This document shows positions 56,001 to 63,100 of a stretch of DNA of 64,000 bases, piece after piece; positions within the stretch are counted from its first letter, which is position 1; every line of letters begins with the position of its first letter. A program made the translations under genes and the position numbers. The stretch comes from Octopus bimaculoides (Eukaryota). The notes below the pieces were generated by a model that worked only from the letters and a program-made list of their open reading frames with translations, made no database searches and was not told the DNA's origin. The stretch spans positions 25,505,291 through 25,569,290 of the forward strand of contig NC_068985.1 in NCBI RefSeq assembly GCF_001194135.2, given 5' to 3'.

Positions 56001-58465
56001 CCAGATAGTGTCAAACTAACAGCAAAGCTTGGAGCAATCCAACACTACTACACTAAAAATATTGCTACAATGTAGCAGATGAACTACTGAGAAAGGTTGT
56101 AAAAACTACAACTTTACACCCGAGAGCAAAGACATGAAACACATGTAATAATTTAGATGTGGAAAATTCTGAAAGGGTAGAACCTATTTTTGGCATCAAG
56201 AATTACACAAATGCCCATACTGGATGTCATTGCATAGTATCAAAGGTACAATCCACTTTGTCTAAAGTGAGGAGCAGGTAACTACTCGTCAATGCTCTGC
56301 CAAAAGAATTAAGAAACTAAATAATGTGGATGAAGATGTCTTCAAAAAGAATTGGCTATTTTCCTATCCATGATACCAGATGAACCAACATTCTGGCATG
56401 ACATAAAGACAAAGGTAGCAGTGTCAAATTCCCTCATACACTAAATGAGCCAACAATTAAAAAAGCACATGTAAAAGTGGTGATGTAAAATCCCATGACC
56501 CAGAAATCAATCCCATAAGAGGGCTGTGGAAAGGATACAAAGTATGACCACAGCCACATTATTCTTAGCCATAAAATGGTGGGTCGCACACGCACAAATA
56601 TACACATATAGACGAGTCTTCTATCAGTTTCTGTGTACAAAATCCACTCACAAGGCTTTGGTTGGCTTGAGGCCATAATAAATATATATATATGCATATA
56701 TNNNNNNNNNNNNNNNNNNNNNNNNNNNNNNNNNNNNNNNNNNNNNNNNNNNNNNNNNNNNNNNNNNNNNNNNNNNNNNNNNNNNNNNNNNNNNNNNNNN
56801 NNNNNNNNNNNNNNNNNNNNNNNNNNNNNNNNNNNNNNNNNNNNNNNNATATATATATACATAGTGAAATTAATAAAAATGAAAGTATTAAAAGTGAAAC
56901 CATATGATAATGAAGCTATTATATCACATTACAATAGAGATGTTATTGTTTCATGTTTGACACGTAATACCAAAACAGTCTAAGAGATTGCTCTGGGCTT
57001 TCATTAGGCAAGGAGTTGAACATTTTTTCTAACCGTGACACTCCATGGCCCCTGAGTAAGGCATGTGTAAAATTTGAATGAAATCGGTTGGATGGTCCTT
57101 AAGTTTTAGTGATGGACACATACACACAGACAGGCAGAGACACTCACATACACACACACATTCTCAGTTTTATATATATAGATTCTCAGATCTTAGTGAT
57201 GCACACATACACACAGACAGACACACATTCTCAGTTTTATAAATATAGATAAGTTGAAATTCAAATTTTTACATGTTAACATGCGTAAATATCTTGAAAA
57301 AGAGTAGCGTGGAGTTAATCATACCAAATTAAACTTACACATGTACACAGACATACCTTTATGCTAACTATATATGTGGCACCAATAATACTTGGTTACC
57401 TTGACCATTTTGAAGATGGATACACACATACTCAACAAGCATAAGAGTTATCTGTCCCTGATGATGTAAGTCTGGTTATCATAAATTTACAACAACATAT
57501 GTTTCTTCTAAAAAAAGACCAAAATCGCTCAAAAGATATCTGAAAGGAATAATAAAATGGTAATTACTTACATAAGAATCAGCATCAGTTGCAGAAGCTC
57601 TGAAAACTAAGTCGCCAACTGAAGAACTTGGTGTTAATCTAACTTCATAGGGAACATTCACGAATTGTGGTACGAATAAATTCCTGATGACGGTGATTGT
57701 CAGTTTACTTGAAATTTCTTTGGGTGAAACTAACCCTTTTTCTTCTGCACTAACAGTAAGCTACAATTTAAGGATATAAACATTTTAAAAGGTAAACTGC
57801 TGTTAGTGAAGAATAATAATAAAATAAAATGAGAACTATTGTTTTTAAGTATTTATATTACAATTGAAATACAGAGAACATAAATACCATAAAGCAAAAT
57901 GTATTGTGAAAAGGACTGACTTACTTCAAATTGGCTTATTGTACGATTATTCCCGAAAGGAACCCTGGTGAAAATTTTGCCACTTATTTCGTCTATATAA
58001 AATATGTTATATTTATCAATGATTTTGTACAGAATCTGGTTGTTGGGTGGCTGAAATAGAGTCAAATATATAATTCATTGAAAAAGATAATTCATAAATA
58101 CACACACATACACAAATTAGGACATATATATATATCATCATCATCATCATCATCGTTTAACGTCCGCTTTCCATGCTAGCATGGGTTGGACGATTTGACT
58201 GAGGACTGGTGAAACCGGATGGCAACACCAGGCTCCAGTCCGATATATATATATATATATATATAGATGCAGCACAGAATTTTGTCAGTGAACAGGTCAT
58301 GGTCTCAAAGCAACGAAAATATTTTGGCAAATTAAATTTAACCGTTGAAGTGAATCTAACGATCTTTGTGTGTTTTTAAATGGCTTACAAACGTCTTCCA
58401 CACTGCAATAGTTTTTGTTCTAGCACACGATCTCAGATCAGGTCACTTGCTATGCAAGTACATCT

Positions 58466-58505
<40 letters not shown>

Positions 58506-58710
58506 TTGTGGGGATAAGAAGTTCGTTTCTCAACCATGTGATTTTTGGTTTAGTCCCACTACATGGTACCTTGAGCAAATGTCTTCTGCTATAGCCTTGG
58601 GCTAACCAAAACCTAGTGAGGGAATTTGGTAGGGCGGAAACTCTGTCGTGTGTATATGTGTGTGAAAGTGCACCTGCCTCCTTGGATTAATAGGAGATGC
58701 ACGTGCATGA

Positions 58711-58742
<32 letters not shown>

Positions 58743-60059
58743 GCTCTATACTCTTACCTATTTCAGCCTGCAAGCTATGACTATGCTGGTGCATTGTCAT
58801 TGTCGTTGCTACATTTTTACAAACCCTCCCTCTGTGATTGGCTTTTGGTGAATGAGGGAGTTTAATGTTGCTGTCCTCACTTGTGCTTCTTACCATGAAG
58901 TAGGTTCATCTGAAATCTCAGATGGTAGGATGTCTAGTCATCTCTTAAAAACATCCATGTCCACAGCACATAGATCTCTTGAGTTTGGGGGCAGAATACT
59001 GAAGAGCTGTTGACCACTGAACCCTAAACTATTACAACATCTGGTCCTAACTGTAGCTAGTGAAGGTGGTACCTTTGACACCATGCAGTGGCATCCTGTT
59101 TGAGGATTTCTGGAGTTTTCAATGTCAAAGTTTGATGAGAGGATCTTCCATACTTATATCACTACATTGGAAGCACAATGGCCTAGTGGTTAGGGCAGCA
59201 GACTCGCGGTCATAGGATCGCGGTTTCGATTCCCAGACCGGGCATTGTGAGTGTTTATTAAGCGAAAACACCTAAAGCTCCACGAGGCTTCAGCAGGGGA
59301 TGGTGGCGAACCCTGCTGTACTCTTTCACCACTCTTTCTCTCGCTCTTACTTCCTGTTTCTGTTGTGCCTGTAATTCAAAGGGTCAGCCTTGTCACACTG
59401 TGTCACACTGAATATCCCCGAGAACTACGTTAAGGGTACACGTGTCTGTGGAATGCTCAGCCACTTGCACATTAATTTCACGAGCAGGCTGTTCCGTTGA
59501 TCGGATCAACTGGAACCCTTGACGTCGTAAACGATGGAATACCAACAATATCACTACATATCTTTCCCAACTTTCCCTCCAGAAAATAGAGTTTAATTGT
59601 TTCAGTCTCTCATCTGTTGCATTGAGGTGATTCTCCTGGAACAACAGCATTGCATTGCTTTCATTTCCTCAGTTAATTTTACATTAGCTAAAGATGAATG
59701 TCCTCCACAAGATCAGTATGTTTTCTGGTCTCTTGTTCTGAAAGTTTTCTGAATCCATCTGGTCAATCATCTACATATACATATGATTATTATAGTGACA
59801 TGTACATGAAACAATGCATCACTGCTCATATTTATGGCCAGTTCATGGACTTCTTGTAACACTAGAATTACAATCATTCTTGCTCCAGTGTATCTTAGTT
59901 GCAGTGCATTTTTATTTGTAAGTTGATAGTGGAGGACTTGGAATTTACCAACATTAAATCACATGTTGTTGTCTTCAGCCCCTTGTACATTACATGTGTG
60001 TGTGTTGTGTATGTTGTGTATGTTGTGTGTGTGTGTATGTGTGTGTGCATGTGTGGGCA

Positions 60060-60106
<47 letters not shown>

Positions 60107-63100
60107 ACATGTGTGTCCAATTTCCATCCACCAAATTCTCTTACAAAGTATCAGTTGCCCTATGCAACAGTAGAAGGCACTTGTCCAAGGTATTGTACAG
60201 TGGAAAGGTACCCCCCCCCCCATAACCATGTAATTGTGAAGCAAACTTCTTATCTACACAGCCATGTCTGCACATATGGATATTTTAATTCTGAATGACA
60301 TACATGTAACTTCTTTGAGAAATAAAACTGACTTCAAAAGTTTATCATAAAAGATTTAATGATAAACTTATTCTGTAGAGAATTATATTGATTAGAAGTA
60401 GTCAATTAAATATTTCAGTACAATAAGATAAGTCTATTTATTTACAAACAGATTGGACTTTCATCACTTCTCAAGCTAGTGTGATTCAATTGGGAACAGT
60501 TTCCACATCTGTAGAATAGTTATTACATACTATTGACTAATTGTCTTGGTAATGTAATAGACAAGCATTCCCCTCAAGTAGAAATGAATTCCTTTTTAGT
60601 AATATATATTAAGTCTTTTACATGTACCGCTTCCAGAAGACATAACTATTCTTCACTGTGAATCAATGAGTCAGGCTCTATAAGACAATGCAGGAGTCTC
60701 TATATGATTCTTGACTTGCTAGAATTAGCAGCCAAGTATCCCTTAATTCAGATCTGTCTTAAAGAAAGAAAGAATGCAATAGATAATGTGGTTCTTGACA
60801 CTCCTAAAGAGATGGGGTGAAAATGGCAAGAATATCTTTGGCTATAAGTCTGCTCAATTTGGGGTGATCTGGGGATAAGCAACAACAAAATCATCAATTA
60901 TCTTTTGCAATTAGCTGAACTAAGTTGTGGATTATTAGAAAGAAACACTTGAAGTAGATATGAACTTATAAGTTTGAATTAGTAATTCAATACCTTATCC
61001 ATTATGTAATAAATACACACTGGATAATACAAGCCTTGAAAAGATGGAATAGTTTAGGATGAAACACCTTTAATAATTAAACATGCAGGATTAAGACAGA
61101 CCTGAGGTAAACCACAAACACAGCTTGTAAAAACACCTTCTTGGAAAACATCCCTGAAATGGAAATAAAGCAACCAAAGTGTACATACCTGATCTCTATC
61201 TGTTGCGCTTAGAGTATATACTGGTGTGTTGAGTGAATGGTCTTCATAAACAGTAGTCAAAAATGGAGGAGTAACTTCCCACTGAGGTCCAAACTGGTTT
61301 CTTTCAATGTTAATTGTCAGTATTTTAAATTGTTCACAATTGGGGTTGATATTGCGAACACGGATATTTAGCTAAAAAAGATCATTACATATCAGTTTAT
61401 TAAGAATTATATAAAAGCAAAATAAGAAAATGAGTCAAAATCATTAAGTCTACTAGTAACTGTATTTTGAGGTAAATAGTTAACTGTATGTGAGGCAATG
61501 GTTGACTACATTAATGTTGAGACAAATGGCTGAGGCCATCGTTAATCATATTGCCTTCACAGACCCTCTGAGACAGGTGAGACTTGATGTTCAGTTTGAA
61601 TACCTGTCTCAAGTGGGCCTGGTTAAAGGGGCTATGTAACTAGCTAATACAGAGCAGCAAAGAATGTTATTGTAGAAATAGAATAGTTAGAGTGTAGAGA
61701 CAATGTGGGCAAAATGTTTTAGTATGTTGTGAGTGAGACTTTCGGATGATTAATAAAAACAAAACAAAATACTATAATTAAGCCACTTTCACGATCTTTT
61801 GTGTTTGAAATATTTCTAGATTGTCTATCTGTTTCAAATTAATGTTAAAAAATAATCAAGAATTAAAAGGAATTGACTATTATAAATCATTTTTTCATTA
61901 AGATCGTGTAAGGAACATAGCTTAACAAGTGATTTTCATCTAAATTTATCAAGGAAAATTTTAATTTCAATGTGAACATTTTGAAAATGGACAAAACTAA
62001 AAATCAATATGTCTCATGTAGAAGATCTGAACAAATAAAAGATAAAATAAATTAGGGATTTATAAATGAATTAGCAACATAATTGCTATGAAACTTAATA
62101 GTAGTATTGAATCTCAGACTAAAGGATTGCAGTTTCCTTTTCACTCACTAAGCATTGTACTGAGCCCTTGAGCAAGGTATATAATTGTACTTGCTCTAGT
62201 TTACCTAAAAGAAAAAATATAATTGACTTATTAGTAATGTCACAGAAGAGCATCCGTTTGTTGTTATCCTATCTGCTCGGCTGACCTCCCCTGTTCGAAG
62301 GTTATAATGGACACAGATTCATGTGTCACATAGCTAGCTAGAGGCGATGGCCTCTTGGAGTTAATCAATAGCAGCATTTGTCCTATTTTTTGGACTGCCA
62401 TGTTGGCTTGGCGATATTATTAATATCCAGTATCGCTGCTGTAGTCTCCTTTAGAGAGACTTAAAAATATTAATATTTCTATTTAAAAAAAAAAATGAAT
62501 TTTGATAATAAAAAGATTTGCTCGCAATTCTTGTATACTTAGTGTGAGTGTATTATGTTTTGAAAAGCTATCTAAATGATTAGCTCAAAGTGGTTTACCA
62601 ATCGTCTTATCTTTACCTACAGATATCCTCTCTTCTTACTGTCACTTCTAACTCTACTATAATAGCCTCTACTTCCCAGAGCTGGCTGATTTTATGCCAT
62701 TTCACACTAACCCACCTAAGTCTCTCATCTGTCCTCCCATCCCCCACATTGTGTCCTTCCACTATTAGGCTCCATACTAAAAATGTGGTTCACAGTTCTT
62801 CCTCTTCAGAATTCCAGCCATCTAGATTCCTCCTTGCCCATGTTCTGCTTGCAGCTAGCAACTTTCAGTTATTCAGAAGACTGATTTTCAGGATCTCTAA
62901 AGACCCTGGGCAGAGAGACCTTTAAACCAGACTAAAACAGTTTAAAAAAAAAAAAAAAAGGATGAAAACCTGTGGTGGCTAAAAATATTTTAATAGAAAT
63001 ATAATGAACAGAATCTTCATTTGATTTTAGATGTTGATATGGAATAAGATAAGATAACACAGATAAAAATGAGTAATGTATACATTGTACTTACTCTGTA

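Noticed and set aside
12277-56848. Hidden exons inside N gaps
   Set aside because: A/B alternation and frame are unbroken across every gap, and the gaps are 272 N or shorter, too small for an A+B pair plus intron if sized correctly; long reads would settle it
61566-61615. 10-bp stem hairpin TGAGACAGGT...ACCTGTCTCA as a regulatory element
   Set aside because: Too short and isolated to distinguish from chance or a tiny MITE relic
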